A DNA stretch of 64,000 bases from Octopus vulgaris (GCA_951406725.2 OX597835.1:27156001-27220000), one strand, 5' to 3'; positions 15,057 to 31,204 are shown, counted from the first letter of the stretch. A program made the numbers and translations. The notes: generated by a model not told the origin, from the letters alone.

Positions 15057-15199
15057 TATTATTATTATTATCATCATCATAATCATCATCATCATAATCA
15101 TCATCACCATCATCATCATCATCATCATCATCATCACCACCACCATCATCATCATTATTATTATTATCATCATCATCATCATCATCATCATTATTATTA

Positions 15200-15247
<48 letters not shown>

Positions 15248-15251
15248 CAGT

Positions 15252-15327
<76 letters not shown>

Positions 15328-15379
15328 ACGGCAGTGCATCAGCATGGCCACAGCTATGAGCTGAAACTACAGAAAAGAA

Positions 15380-15457
<78 letters not shown>
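14978..15457. repeat. Compound (ATC)n/(ATT)n/(AGT)n/(AGC)n trinucleotide block
   Basis: Direct reading. Confidence 0.95.
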
Positions 15458-15805
15458 TAATATTTTTTTCCTTTCAGCTTAATATCTTTAAAAAAAACCC
15501 ACCTCATTTTTGGCTTCCATACATTACATAAAACGTATTGCATATATCGGCGTTGTCGTCGTCGTTATTGTTGTTGTTGTTTCATTCTATTATATAATTG
15601 TTTTGCGATGAAATTAGTGGAATGATAAATTATTTGCAACTAAATTTGATTGAAAGTGGTGGGTTTTTTTGTCTATTTTATATATTTTATTAATAATTAT
15701 TGTTTTCTATATTATCGATTGAGGGATTTTTCTCCATATATTTATTCATTTTTTTTATTCGTTTCATTAAGTATAGCCATTATACATAAATGTGTGTGTA
15801 TATAT

Positions 15806-15857
<52 letters not shown>

Positions 15858-16161
15858 GTGTGTGTATGTGTACATTTTATGTGTGTGAGATTTTTTATGC
15901 GTGAAAATATTTTTATATCAATTTTTATTCTGGCATTTTTTCTCATATATCTTCTCTTCCCTTTATGCTTTGGTTCAATCGAATAAATGATGTTTAACAA
16001 CCCATCCAACCCATCCTGTCCCACCACCGCCAACAAAAATGCTGCTTCATCAGACTGCATTATATGCATAATTAATTTACATAAAGTAATACAAATAGAT
16101 GGTACTGCGAATGAAAAGAGTTTCAATGCTGCACTAAACATTTCACGATGACTTTGTTTTA

Positions 16162-16240
<79 letters not shown>

Positions 16241-16626
16241 CCATACATACGTATATATGTGTGTTTGTATGTGTGCAGGCATGCGGGCGGGCGTGTGTGT
16301 GCGCGGCTGTGTGTGTGTATGTGTGTGTAAGAACAAACACTAAACCAAGGGTTGATATCTTGATGTATTTAATACACGTGATTCTGGTAGTTATGTAAGA
16401 TAACTTTTACATAATACCATCTTCTTCAGTTGATTTTTCAAAATATATATGGTAATAAAAAAATAAATAATAAAAAAAAGGAAATATTCAGAAATGAATA
16501 TTTATATAGATATTATTATTGTTACTATTATCTGCAGTAATATAAATAGTTGATAATAACAACAACAATAATATAGGTTGTTGCAGGCCTAAAATACCGT
16601 AAATAACTATAGAATTAAAATTTATG

Positions 16627-16754
16627 TCAATCATAAGGGCGCACAAGGCGCTTACCTGCTAGATAGACCAGTTAAAACCCTTATTTTGGTGGTTTAAATG
16701 AGGGTTTTAACTTCTCTTTCTAGCAGATAGGTAGCTTGTGCGCCCCTATGATTG

Positions 16755-16755
<1 letters not shown>
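16627..16755. repeat. Imperfect ~129-bp hairpin (~60-bp arms)
   Basis: tcaatcataagggcgcacaag...gttaaaaccct versus agggttttaac...cttgtgcgcccctatgattga. Confidence 0.85.
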
Positions 16756-16796
<41 letters not shown>

Positions 16797-17519
16797 ATAT
16801 TACAAAACACAAACAGCACATCGCATAAAAATAAGCTAAACAACCAAAGAAGCAACATCCTGTCATTAAAAACGAAATGCAAATCGATGAACAAACACAA
16901 ACAGTAGACCAAGGGATATAAATACATCACCATACCAAGTTGTAACAGTTCTCGTCTAAAGATCGCAATGGCGTGAAACCTCTGTCGTTAGACATTCAGT
17001 GTAAATAAAACTATATATATACACATGCGCATACATACATATGTGTGTGTGTTTGAGTGTATAGAGCGGAAGAGACAGAAAGAAATAATTGATGCGCTTG
17101 ACCTCAGTGTATTACTGATACCTATGACATCACACTCCTCCTACTGCCACTGAGTGATTGAAGTAAAAGTGAACTGTTCTTGGTACCACTGAATATTGCC
17201 AAAATATTGTATTTTTTCCAGTGCCGTGTTTTCTGCCAATTCGCGCTTTGAAATCCTGCAGCAACGATTTCTTTGGCACAACGCCAATTTTTGGCAAGGA
17301 TGAATTACAGCTAAATAGACCAACCATGAGTCTACGGCGGCAGTTTGTATGTGGTTACTGAATGTTCTAGAAATAGCAGCTACATGTGGGGTGGGTGGTT
17401 CCCCGTCGGATAGTACAATGGCATTCAGTTGTTTGCGCATTATGCCACTCAGTGGGATCACATCCAAATAGTTGAGATTTTTTATGTGTGCAACCACTGC
17501 ACATAACCTCCAAACACAC

Positions 17520-17580
<61 letters not shown>

Positions 17581-17639
17581 TATATATACCCGCTCAAATT
17601 TAAACCTCTTGAGCACTACTAAGTGTATTATATATACGA

Positions 17640-17938
17640 GAGTTCCAGTGGTTCCGATCAACGGAACAGCTTGCTCGTGAGATTAATGTGCAAAAGACTG
17701 ACCACTCCAGAGTCACGCGTACCGCTTTACATACTTCTCAGGGGGGTTCAGCGTGACACGGAGTGTGACAAGGCTGTCCTCTTGAAATACAGGGACTACT
17801 CATTTTTGCCAGCTGACTGGACTGGAGCAACTTGAAACAAAGTGTCGTACTCAAGGACACAAAGCGCCGCCGGGAATCGAACTCGTGACCCAACGTTCGC
17901 GAGTTTAATACACTAACCACTAGGTCACGCGCCTTCAC
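17640..17938 (-). mobile_element. SINE family D (tRNA head plus CORE-like tgtgtccttgag block)
   Basis: Minus: gaaggcgcgtgacctagtggttag...gagttcgattcccgg...tgtgtccttgagtacgacac. Confidence 0.75.
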
Positions 17939-18003
17939 ATACACACACATATATATACACATATATATATATATATACATATATGTATATATATATATAT
18001 ATG

Positions 18004-18093
<90 letters not shown>

Positions 18094-18469
18094 ATTTCAG
18101 CAAAACAATTTAGATTCAAATGAATATGGTACTTAACTTAGATGTACCAGAATTTTTTTTTTATGGTATTACCCAGAAAGTTATGTGGGGTGATTATAAC
18201 CCAAAAATATGCAACAAGAATGGATCGGTAGTTTAGTACAATTGTTTCATACTATAACAATTTATTAAAGCTGCAAATATTACAGCAAATATAATGTTAA
18301 ATAATCTTCAGCTAAATTTCATATAGGTTTTCCAAACATCTTAGAGAGTGTAGACATACTTATAAAGTTATAGATGTGAGCTCCAGGAACTTGAAGCAAG
18401 ATTCCAAGCAGACCATATATGCTTTCCAACATGTATGTGTATATATATATGTTTGTATATATATATATA

Positions 18470-18518
<49 letters not shown>

Positions 18519-18532
18519 GTGTGTGTGTGTAC

Positions 18533-18589
<57 letters not shown>

Positions 18590-19349
18590 GATAGATAGAG
18601 AGAGAGAGGGAGAGAGAGAGGGGGATACAATCGAGGCGAATGGCATCTTGCGCAAAATACTATTCGTCTATATATAATATGACATAATATAATATAATAT
18701 AATACAATATAATATATAAAATGATATGATATATTATATATTAAAATATATGCACACATATATATTATGTGTGTGTATGTGTACCCAAGCTTCTTTAATT
18801 CTACACAGGGAATACAACCCTACAATGGACATTGTAATCGAAATTGGCACAAATTCAATCCATTATTTTCTGAAGTGATTGGCGATGCGTTCCCAGTTAT
18901 CCAAAATTTATATTTTTCTTTCTATAAATGCATGTTAACATTTGTCTATTTTTTGACTAAAAGAATATATTCCAAAACAACTCCATGTAAACTACACACA
19001 TTTTTGTATTTTTTGTACCAAAATCGAGATTAAAATCAGAGGTTTATATCATACTTGGTATTACTGCAAAGATATTTTTCCCACACACCTATATTATGAA
19101 AAATATATACTGTAATTCTTGCTTTTTTTTTTTTACTATTTTTGTTTATACTTCTGATATTCTATATATGATGAAATATTTTTTTAAAATAGATTATTTA
19201 CGCTTGTAGGAGTTGTGCAATGCTAAGTATTACACCTGCTATTATAAGTGTTTTAAAAGACTTTAGAATCCCAAAATTGGGGTGCGTCTTATACCTGCAA
19301 GCGTATGATGTATGGAATCTTTTCTATAATTTATCATTTTATCTTTTAT

Positions 19350-19980
<631 letters not shown>

Positions 19981-20065
19981 TATATTTTCCCTGTATTCTT
20001 CATGATCGTCGTAGCAATCGACTGAGGCAAACGAATGACATTACAGTCACAAGGCTGGCACTTAC

Positions 20066-20176
20066 CATCTTTCATTCGACAAATAACTTCCATTTTATTT
20101 TCTAAAGTTTATGGTTCAGAGTGATTTCTTGACGACTTCGAGACTTGGATTCATAAATCTCCTCTTCGCTGACATG
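20066..20176 (-). other. Candidate exon with strong donor ATG|GTAAGT; acceptor uncertain
   Basis: acttac at 20060-20065; short frame MEVICRMKD from 20093. Confidence 0.25.
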
Positions 20177-20468
20177 TCTGATAATTTTTCTTCTATTCTT
20201 ATTTTTGCACAATAACTTCACAATACACCCATACACGTATATAATACATACATAATACACACACATACATAGGAACGTACGCACACACACTCATATATGA
20301 ATTGTAATGTTCTTGGATTTAGACATCAGAAAATATTCCTAATCCAAGATTCACAGTGAGATCATTCACAAGTAATCCTAAGTGCTCCTTACAACACGAT
20401 GCAGTTAGCCTGAATACTGATTATTACTGAGTACTCACACGGTACCCGCCTGGTTAATTAATCCCCAT

Positions 20469-20536
<68 letters not shown>

Positions 20537-20537
20537 A

Positions 20538-21050
<513 letters not shown>

Positions 21051-21052
21051 TA

Positions 21053-21083
<31 letters not shown>

Positions 21084-21562
21084 ATGTATTATGTGTGTGC
21101 GTTTGTGTGTGTATGTGTGTGTACGTATTTGTGTGTTATCGTATTGATATCTAAGTGCAGGGATTTAGTCAGTTGCTGTTTTTGTAGTCAAGTGACGTCA
21201 TCCTGGAGAGCAAAACGACATAAAATGAAAGCTAGACTGAAAGAAAGAAGGAAATGAAAAAAGAAAGAAGGAAAGAGTGAAAGAACAAAGCACGTTGGTC
21301 AGTTACAACTGTCGGTTTATTAAAAAAAAAAAGCCTTTTTCCGTCTTGGACAATTCTATTTTTTTATATATTTTGTGCGTGTGTGTGTGTGTGTGTGTGT
21401 GGTTGAGTGTATTTGTGTGTTTGTGTGTGTTCTGCAATAGTAACTGGAAAGAGATTAAATAGCGAATTGAGAAGCAATGGGAAAAAGTATCAGATTACAA
21501 AGAATTAATGCAAATGAACAGGAAAACAGACCAACAAACAAACAAACAAACATAAATCGAAA

Positions 21563-21599
<37 letters not shown>

Positions 21600-22052
21600 T
21601 ATAGAGAGAGAGACATATAGAGAGAGAGACAGAGAGAGAGAGAGATAGAGAAGAATATGATCATCAGAAAGCAAAATAACGTAAAACTGGAGAGATTCAA
21701 TATGGCGGAAAACAACATAGATTTGTTTCTTTCTTGAATGGCGGATAGCAAAGAGGAGAGGGAGGAGGAGTTTGTAAAATAGAAGTGCAAAATAAAAAAT
21801 TTAAAACAGTATTAAAAGGAAAGAAAAAAGGAAATTGCGTCCAGTCGGGTAGGCATTGAAAGTAAACTGACAGAAATGAATGAGGCAGTAAGACCCACAA
21901 GAGTGTGAAGATAATCTTGATTGGTTATACAGACAGTATGTCTGTGAGGGTGGCTGTGGGTGTGGAGATGGAGTGTGTTTGTGGGTATGTATGGCGGGTA
22001 TGTGTGTGTGTGTGTGTATGTGTGTGTAACCGAGCGAGTGTCTATGTACGTT

Positions 22053-22103
<51 letters not shown>

Positions 22104-22408
22104 GTATATATGTATGCATGTATATGTATATATTTATGTACGAATGTACGTATATATGTGTGTGTGTGTATACATGTATATATAGCAGGTGTATGTGTGC
22201 ATGTATGTATAATGGAATATCGATTGTAGATATTGGAAATAACATAAACTATTTCTCTGTGCAAGGCTTTCACAAAGTGCTCAATAAAATTAATGATAAT
22301 TAATGATAAAACATTATATGCACACACACACATATATATACGTGCACATATATAAACTGTGAGTCTCTATACATACATATATACATACATTCATATAGAT
22401 AGATAGAT

Positions 22409-22441
<33 letters not shown>

Positions 22442-22920
22442 ATAGATATGTGTATGTATATAGGTTTATGTATATATGTATATATATACACGTGTATATA
22501 TATATATATATATACACGTATATGTATATATATATATATGTATGTATATATATATATGTGTGTATATATATATGTATCTATATATATATACATGTATATG
22601 TTTATATGTATATATGTGTGTGTATAGATATACGTATGTATATGTTTATATGTATATATATACGTATATATGTATATATATATATGTATATATATGTGTA
22701 AATATATGTGTTTATATATATGTATATATATGTATATGTATTACATACAATAATACATACATACATGTATATATACATACACGCGTGTTGATGAGTGGAT
22801 GGGTAACTGAAGATTATAATCCTGGCAGACAAAATAACAAGTCTGGCTAGAAAGGAATTAAGTAACATTGATATCGTGGTCACTACGACGACGACCATGA
22901 TGACGCGGAGGAAAACCGGG

Positions 22921-23382
<462 letters not shown>

Positions 23383-24034
23383 GTGGATACCTAAGGTTAC
23401 GGGTAGTAACTCGCTACCCATATTAATTCTACAAGGAATAAGACCGAACCTGAGCCAAATCAAAATGATGTTTCTTTCTACTGCATGTAGAACCGGGTAA
23501 TGGGGAGGTGGGTGGCTAATAGGTTGCATTGACACCAGTAGGTAACTGGTACTTATTTCATCAACCCTGAAACGATCAAAGAAACAATTTCGAACTGAAA
23601 TTTTGTTGTTATTGTTGACATCGCCGTTATTCTCGTTGTTTCTGCCGCATCTGCCGCTGCTGCTGTTGCTGTATTTGCTGCCGCTGGGGCAAAAACAACA
23701 GCTTATGTTTAAAGGCGTTCCAATTATGACCGACCAGTTTTGTTTTCCTTCGTTTTTTATTTTTCGTATAGTTTGGATCCCGAGTTCCAATTTATTACGT
23801 GGTTTGAAGGTTGTTTGACTGGTGTTTCTAACAGATCAAGGCACCAAATTACAGAGAGAAAATGTGTTTTACTTCATTGCATGTCTCTAGATCTAAAAAT
23901 ACCCTTGCTGCTGTTGTTATTGTCATTTAGCTCTGTGTATTCCATGATCGAGTACACAACCTACGATCAAAGACGTTCTAATTTTGACCATTCGTCAATT
24001 TACATATTTATAACAACCATTGTTCGATATCTCT

Positions 24035-24392
24035 CTCTAACCGCTCAGTCGAAGTCGACTCTCGGTCACTCGTTGGATCAGTGTCCTCCAGTCAGTTCTA
24101 TCCTGGGCCGCTTCCTTCAGTCTAGCCATGTTCATTCCGGTATCACTCCTGATGGTGTCAAGCTAGCGGGTTCTTGGTCGGCCTCTTCCTCTCTTGCCAC
24201 TGACCATTCCGAGCGTGATGTCCTTCTCCAGGGATTTTCTCCGCATAATATGACCGAAATATGCCAATCTACGCTTGGTGATCCCAGCTTTTAGCGACAT
24301 TTTCGGCCTTATCTGCTTAAGAACTTCTCCATTGGTGAGCCTCGTTGTCCATGGAACCCGCAAAAGTCTTCTCCAACACCAAAGCTCTTTCT
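24035..24392 (-). mobile_element. RTE (BovB-like) LINE 3' fragment
   Basis: ELWCWRRLLRVPWTTRLTNGEVL...YFGHIMRR..LEKDITLGMVSGKRGRGRPRTR is a canonical RTE C-terminus; 3' gagagtcgacttcgactgagcg. Confidence 0.9.
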
Positions 24393-24793
24393 CGTTATTG
24401 GACATGAAGGATTCATTGTAGTGATATTTTGGCTGCTGTTTCTAGCGGGTTGTGCGTCTACGTGAGCAGTTCCTTTGTTGTCTTGTCTGATTTGATGTTT
24501 GGTCTTCAGTTTTGTGTTTGGTGTTGTCCAGAAGCCATTAAAACTCCAAGATTGCATTTGATTGCATTACGGATCTCAGACGTGCTGGCATCTCACACAC
24601 AAGTACACACACACAAGCACACACACAAACACACACACACACACAAACACATGCACATACACACACACACATATACACATGCACAAACCTACACACACAC
24701 GCATACAAACATATGTGCTTAATATGTATCTATCCACATAATATATATGTGTGTGTGTGTGTATCTATGTATATAGGTGTATGTGTATGTCTC

Positions 24794-24825
<32 letters not shown>

Positions 24826-25082
24826 TGTATGTATGTATGTACATTATACGTACGTATGTATACGTGCATATAAATTCTGCTAACTTAACACACTTGGTGT
24901 TGTTGTTGTTGTTGCTGCTGCTATTGTTTAACTGTAGATGCATCATGATTACCATCATCATCATCGTCGTCATCATCATCGTCATCGTCGTCGTTGTCGC
25001 CGTCGTCGTCGACATCATCACAATTATCATCATAGTCGACATCATTAAGTCGGTTCCATTAGGTCTTTTGTATAATGAGTCA

Positions 25083-25222
25083 GGGAGGCGCGTAGCTTAG
25101 TGGTCACAATAAGTACTAGGCTTACAAAGAATTAGTCCTGTGGTCGATTTGTTCGACTAAAGGCGGTGCTCCAGCATGGCCGCAGTCAAATGACTGAAAC
25201 AAATACAGAATAAAAGAATAAA
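25083..25222 (+). mobile_element. SINE B 3' tail fused to a short tRNA-head fragment
   Basis: ggaggcgcgtagcttagtggt joined directly to aataagtactaggcttacaaag. Confidence 0.7.
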
Positions 25223-25229
25223 AGAATAT

Positions 25230-25263
<34 letters not shown>

Positions 25264-25280
25264 ACATATACATACATATA

Positions 25281-25507
25281 AGGCGGCGAGCTGGCAGAAA
25301 CGTTAGCACGCCGGGCGAAATGCGTTGCCGTCTTTCGTCTACCGTTACGTTCTGAGTTCAAATTCCGCCGAGGTCGACTTTGCCTTTTATCCTTTCGGGG
25401 TCGATAAATTAAGTACCAGTTACGCACTGGGGTCGATGTAATCGACTTAATCCCTTTGTCTGTCCTTGTTTGTCTCCTCTGTGTTTAGCCCCTTGTGGGT
25501 AGTAAAG

Positions 25508-25512
<5 letters not shown>
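25281..25512 (+). mobile_element. SINE family A, full monomer
   Basis: Near-consensus copy. Confidence 0.92.
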
Positions 25513-25546
<34 letters not shown>

Positions 25547-26130
25547 TATATTTCTTCCTCAAATTCTAACAAATTCTCTCGCTAGGTAACGGTCGGCACG
25601 GAGCTTATTAGAAAAAAGTCACTAGGCCAAGGTGCCGCGCAATGAGACTGAACCCGAAACCGTGTAGTTGCTAAGCAAACTTCTTAACTACGCCACTGTG
25701 TTTTTTACTTTGCTTTTTTTTTATATCAACATAAAAATAATAAAAACCGTCATATACACGCAAGACTGCGTGTCCCATTTTTCAACACAGTATGTTATGA
25801 TTTGTGGAGTATCTAACTGCTATTTCAAGCGCTTCGAGCGACCACGTTGTGTCTGCCCTGTTGTCTCGACCTACTCTGCATATTTTTAGACCGTAAATTA
25901 TAGATGCTGCAGTCTCTGGTAGTTAAAAATAGGCGATATATCTACATATAATTGACATATATATAAATCAACAGTTACGATGGATATTTAGTTTCGTTTT
26001 TGTATTTTTTGCGGTTTCTTCTTTGTTTTCAACATGTATTGGCACTGATACAACATTGTTGCTAAGAAGACCATTTCGCAGTCAACGAATTCTTGTTTCG
26101 ATCCCATAATGCAGTGAGCGACATTTGTTT

Positions 26131-26231
<101 letters not shown>

Positions 26232-26455
26232 CAGATAGATAGACTGATAGATAGATATGTATATACATGCATATGTATGTATGTTAATATATATATATAT
26301 ATACATATATACGTATATATATATATACTTGTTTTATTTATATTTCCTGGGCGCCATACTAATACAATTGTTTGTTTGTTTTCCACCTGCCTTCGTCTTT
26401 TGTCTATTTTCATAAAGCTTCCCGTTATAGATATATGTATATGAGTGTTTGTATG

Positions 26456-26540
<85 letters not shown>

Positions 26541-26544
<4 letters not shown>

Positions 26545-26725
26545 AATTCAATGAACAACCAAGTCAAAAAACGAAAAGAGAAAAACAAAACCAACGCGAG
26601 GACGTGCACAAGAATTATATTAGTTGACACTCGATGAAAGGAGAAAGTTTTTAACGTTTCGATCATGGCTCTTCATCGGAAAGGAAAAAGGAAAAGTCCA
26701 AAGAAGAAGGAAAATCGCCAACGGC
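26541..26725 (-). mobile_element. Penelope-like terminal-repeat fragment with minimal hammerhead-like core
   Basis: Minus: tttCCGATGAagagccatgatcGAAAcgTTAaaa (26682-26648); abuts (TA)n; related opposite-orientation piece at 26328-26427. Confidence 0.65.
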
Positions 26726-27045
26726 CCAAGTGTGGTTATATTTCTAGTTACATACATGCATACATACATACATACATACATACATACATACATACATACA
26801 TACATACATACATACATACATACATACATACATACATACACTTGTACTTCAACTGAGATAATGCTAGAGTTAACCAGTGTTTTAGAACGCCATGTAAATC
26901 CTTGCAGAGCCAAATTTCAATCGAGTATTAAATGCTATTTGTCATCCGATTTTCGTTTGTTGCTGCATACATTTGAATAATTTAAAGAATATATATCCGA
27001 GAGTACAATAAAACAAGAACGCTGCTTTAAGTATTTTCAAAGCAT

Positions 27046-27350
27046 TTATAACATCTTCAGTTATTCAATCTTACACGTGTTTCACTTGCGAATGCTTGTA
27101 TGTTATGTAATAATTGTTACGTAATCGATCGCGGAACAGGGTCGAAACACCAGATCTTCAGGATAATATTGCAACTCATTTCAGTGCTTCGTACCAACTT
27201 AGGTTAGATGACAGAGTAAATATAATATCTCTCTGAGGATCTGGCGTCTCAAGTTTATTATGTTATCGTTTGCGTAACGATAAATCGCATAACTTATTAA
27301 TATTCGCTAGTGAAACACGAGTATGATTCAGTAGTTAATGATTTTGTAAT
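27046..27350. mobile_element. Foldback/MITE with ~85-bp imperfect TIRs around a tRNA-like core
   Basis: cgtgtttcacttgcgaat (27076) versus attcgctagtgaaacacg (27302); gttacgtaatcgat versus atcgtttgcgtaac. Confidence 0.7.
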
Positions 27351-27659
27351 AAAAACATGTAAACCTACTCTACTGTTTCATTGTCAGCTATACGTACGTG
27401 TATGTATTCATGTATACGAAATTGCATACTTTCATAGACAGATAGATAGATAGATATACAAATGCACACACATATGCACATTCATGCATATACATATAGA
27501 TGCATGAATATTCCTATACATATAAACGTGCGTGTGTGTGTTTGTGTATTTACCGTGTGTAAAAAGAACCTACTGCAGCATTTATCAAATATAACATTTG
27601 GTCTGTGTTGTGTATTAGTATGAAGGACAAATTTAAATAATGGTATAGCAGATTATGAT

Positions 27660-28420
27660 ATTGAAGAAGGAAGGGGTGAGAGGGAACGTGGGGGGGAGGA
27701 GGAGGAGGGAAGGAACGGGGAAGGAGAAGGAGAAGAAGATGGAGAAGAAGATGGAGAAGAAGAAGAAGAAGAAGAAAAAGAAGAAGAAAAAGAAGAAGAA
27801 GAAGATGGAGAAGATGGAGAAGAAGTTGAAGAAGAAGAAGAAGAAGAAGAAGATGGTGAAGAAGAAGAAGAAGAAGAAAAAGAAGAAGAAGAAGAAGAAG
27901 ATGGAGAAGATGGAGAAGAAGTTGAAGAAGAAGAAGAAGAAGAAGAAGAAGAAGAAGAAGAAGATGGAGAAGAAGAAGAAGAAGAAGAAGAAGAAGATGA
28001 AGAAGAAGAAATCGTGAGAAAGGGAATGTAATATATGAGTGAGAGAGAGGTAGTGGAGGGAAAGGTTTTAGAGAGGAGAAGAAAACAAAGAAAGAGGGGA
28101 ACGAGAGGAAGAGGTGGAGACAGAAAAAGAGAGATAGGGAGGGAAAGAGATGGAAGAGATGATAGTGTGACAAGAGTGGAAACATAAAAGGGGTGTAAAT
28201 GAAGAGAGAAAGAGAGGAAGAGAAGGAATAGATAAAGAGGAAGAGAGAAACCGAGGGATAGAGTGGGAAGAGAAAAGTGAGAAGGGATTGAAGGAGTGGA
28301 GAAGAGAGAGAGGGGGAAGGGGAGAGACAAGAAAGAAAAGAGATCAGAGGTAGAGAGGAGGAGGAAGAGGTGGAGGAAAAGATGGAGGAGGAGTGAGAGG
28401 GGAGATGAGAGAGGGGTAGA
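27660..28420. repeat. (GAA)n and purine-rich low-complexity tract
   Basis: Direct reading. Confidence 0.95.
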
Positions 28421-28820
28421 AATAAATACTTTTTTGCGGTCTAGGAATTACTCCGATGATTAATTTCAACATTTCTCAATAAGCTAATTGATATCTTTAA
28501 TTAATCAAGAGTGTGGGTGAGGTGGGGTGGGGTGGGGGTGGGTGGTAGGATGGGGCAAGCTGGGGTTGGGTCAGGTGAATGGTGTAGGAGCGGTGGAGTG
28601 AGGTGAGTGCGGAGGAGGAAGAGGTGCAGGAGCGGGAGGAGGAGACGGATAGTGGTGGAAGGGGTGGAAGTGAATAGCAGAGAGAGAGAGGGGGGACGGG
28701 TGGGTGAGTTTGAGTTGTGGTATGAGGATAAAGAATAATTTGATGGCGATCGTTATATTAAAAAACAAAGAAACAAATCAAAAGAAAACATGTGGGACGA
28801 AGATAAAAAAAAGTCAAAGG

Positions 28821-28821
<1 letters not shown>

Positions 28822-28870
<49 letters not shown>

Positions 28871-29004
28871 CCATCATTATCATCATCATCATCATCGTGA
28901 CCATTATCATCATCATCATCATCGTCATCATCATCATCATTTTTATCTTCATTATCATCATCATCATCGTCTTCGTTGTCGTCATCGTCGTCGTGGTCAT
29001 CACT

Positions 29005-29063
<59 letters not shown>

Positions 29064-29114
29064 ATCATCATCATCATCGTCTTCGTTGTCGTCATCGTCG
29101 TCGTGGTCATCACT

Positions 29115-29174
<60 letters not shown>

Positions 29175-29228
29175 GTCGTCATCATCATTATGTCATCATC
29201 ATCATCATCATCGTCATCATCATCATCG

Positions 29229-29287
<59 letters not shown>

Positions 29288-29339
29288 GTCATCATCATCA
29301 TCATCATCATCATCATCGTCATCATCATTTTTATCTTCA

Positions 29340-29381
<42 letters not shown>

Positions 29382-29385
29382 GTCG

Positions 29386-29426
<41 letters not shown>

Positions 29427-29461
29427 GTCTTCATTGTCGTCATCGTCGTCGTCATCATCAC

Positions 29462-29504
<43 letters not shown>

Positions 29505-29723
29505 GTTATTATCTTCATCATCTTTATCGTCGACCTCGTCATCATTATCATAATCATCAGCATCTTCACCGCCATTATCATCATCATCATCATCATCGTC
29601 GTCGTCGTCATCATCAAATCCATTGTTGCCATAACTATCATCTTGATCAGATGACACCCCGACAGCATCCTCCTCGTTCACATCCTCCTCATTCTTATTA
29701 TCATCATCTCCATCATTACCATT

Positions 29724-29771
<48 letters not shown>

Positions 29772-30015
29772 GTCACCATCATCGCCACCAACAACAACAA
29801 CAACTCGACAACCGCTATCAATGCCATCATTGTCGTCATCACAACTACCATCACCACCGCAGCCGCCTCCACAACCATCACCATCATCATCATCATCATT
29901 GTCCTTTTTTAATCAGTTTTATCGAGCATCAACACTATGTTATCAACATGTAACAACTAGAACAACACCACCCACCACCACCACCACCACCACCACCACT
30001 ACTACTACCACAACT
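28822..30015. repeat. ~1.1-kb (CAT)n-based tract with internal duplications
   Basis: Direct reading; cgtcttcgttgtcgtcatcgtcgtcgtggtcatcactatc repeated at ~28967 and ~29078. Confidence 0.95.
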
Positions 30016-30480
30016 AAAAGAGATGACTCGCAAATGAAATTTATGATTAAAAAGATAATGATGGACAATTCTATTTCTTTCGTGATTTCTTCCTTTTGTT
30101 TTTCTTTTTGTCGCCTACAAATTTACGAGTTGGCAGAATCGGAAAGAGCGTCGAACAAAATGCCTTGCTGTATTTATTCTGGTTTTTGTCGCGCTGGGGT
30201 CAAATCTCGTACCAGGATTGATATGATTGGCTAGTCTCCTCTCCTAATTTCAGGCCTCGTGCCTACGTTAGGAAATTTTATGGGGGGCGGGGGACAGTGG
30301 ATCTCGAAACAGATAAAGCTATACGTGATTGCATGTAAAAATTGGTTTAAAAAAAAATCCCTTTGGATAGAAAAGGAGGATGGTTTTCCTAAAAAGCAAG
30401 AAAATTATTTCACGCTCTCGAAATATGTAAATTCTGATGCCGTCGACAATAAAACATTGTTAAAATGTTCAAATCCTTAA

Positions 30481-30811
30481 AGGTGGCGAGCTGGCAGAAA
30501 CGTTAGCACGCCGGGAAAAATGCTTAGCGATATTTCGTCTGCCGTTACGTTCTGAGTTCAAATTCCGCCGAGGTCGACTTTGCCTTTCATCCTTTCGGGG
30601 TCGATTAACTAAATACTAGTTACGTACTTGGGTCGATATAATCGACTTAATCCGTTTGTCTGTCCTTGTTTGTCCCCTCTGTGTTTAGCCCATTGTCGGT
30701 AGTAAAAAGATAGGTATTTCGTCTGCGCTACGTTCTGAGTTCAAATTCCGCCGAGGTCGACTTTGCTTTTCATCCTTTGGGGGTCGATAAAATTAGTAGC
30801 AGTTAAGCACT
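30481..30811 (+). mobile_element. SINE family A dimer (second unit truncated)
   Basis: Junction aaaagata|ggtatttcgtctg at ~30713. Confidence 0.9.
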
Positions 30812-31204
30812 TCCTTCCTTCCCTCCATCTTAACTTAATTCTTTGTTGTTTTCTTATTTTTCTCTTTTCTTTCTTGATCTCTCTCTCTCTCCCCCCTTTC
30901 TAATTTCTTCCTAATTCCTTCGCTACTTCCTTCTATCTTTCTTTCATTTTCCACCATTATATTTGTTCAACACACTTCATCTGATATTTTATCCTTTGTC
31001 GTGGCCATCGTCGTGGTCGTCGTGGTCGTCTTCATTGTTGTTGTTGTTGCTATTATTGTTTAGCCCCAGGCCAGCCATTCCTTAATAAAACACACCTATG
31101 ATCAAATGCATCTCCTTTGTCTCCCATCTCGCATTTCCTCTTTTATTTTACTTTACCATTCAGTGAATCTAGAACTGCAACATATCATGTGTCGTTCATA
31201 TTTC

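Noticed and set aside
17141-17330. Unique island with short open frames
   Set aside because: No recognisable motif or convincing splice pair.
17367-17382. CTAGAAATAGCA identical to part of the SpCas9 sgRNA scaffold
   Set aside because: Only a 12-nt match; flanks differ and the motif belongs to endogenous repeats.
19200-19305. ggggtgcgtcttatac resembling a pogo/Tigger-type end
   Set aside because: No matching second TIR or TSD could be located.
21695-21750. Two ATGGCGG (YY1-like) motifs suggesting a promoter
   Set aside because: Short motifs only; no other promoter evidence.
28704-29953. His-rich or Ser-rich proteins of 200-325 aa
   Set aside because: (CAT)n is open in several frames at once and frameshifts freely.
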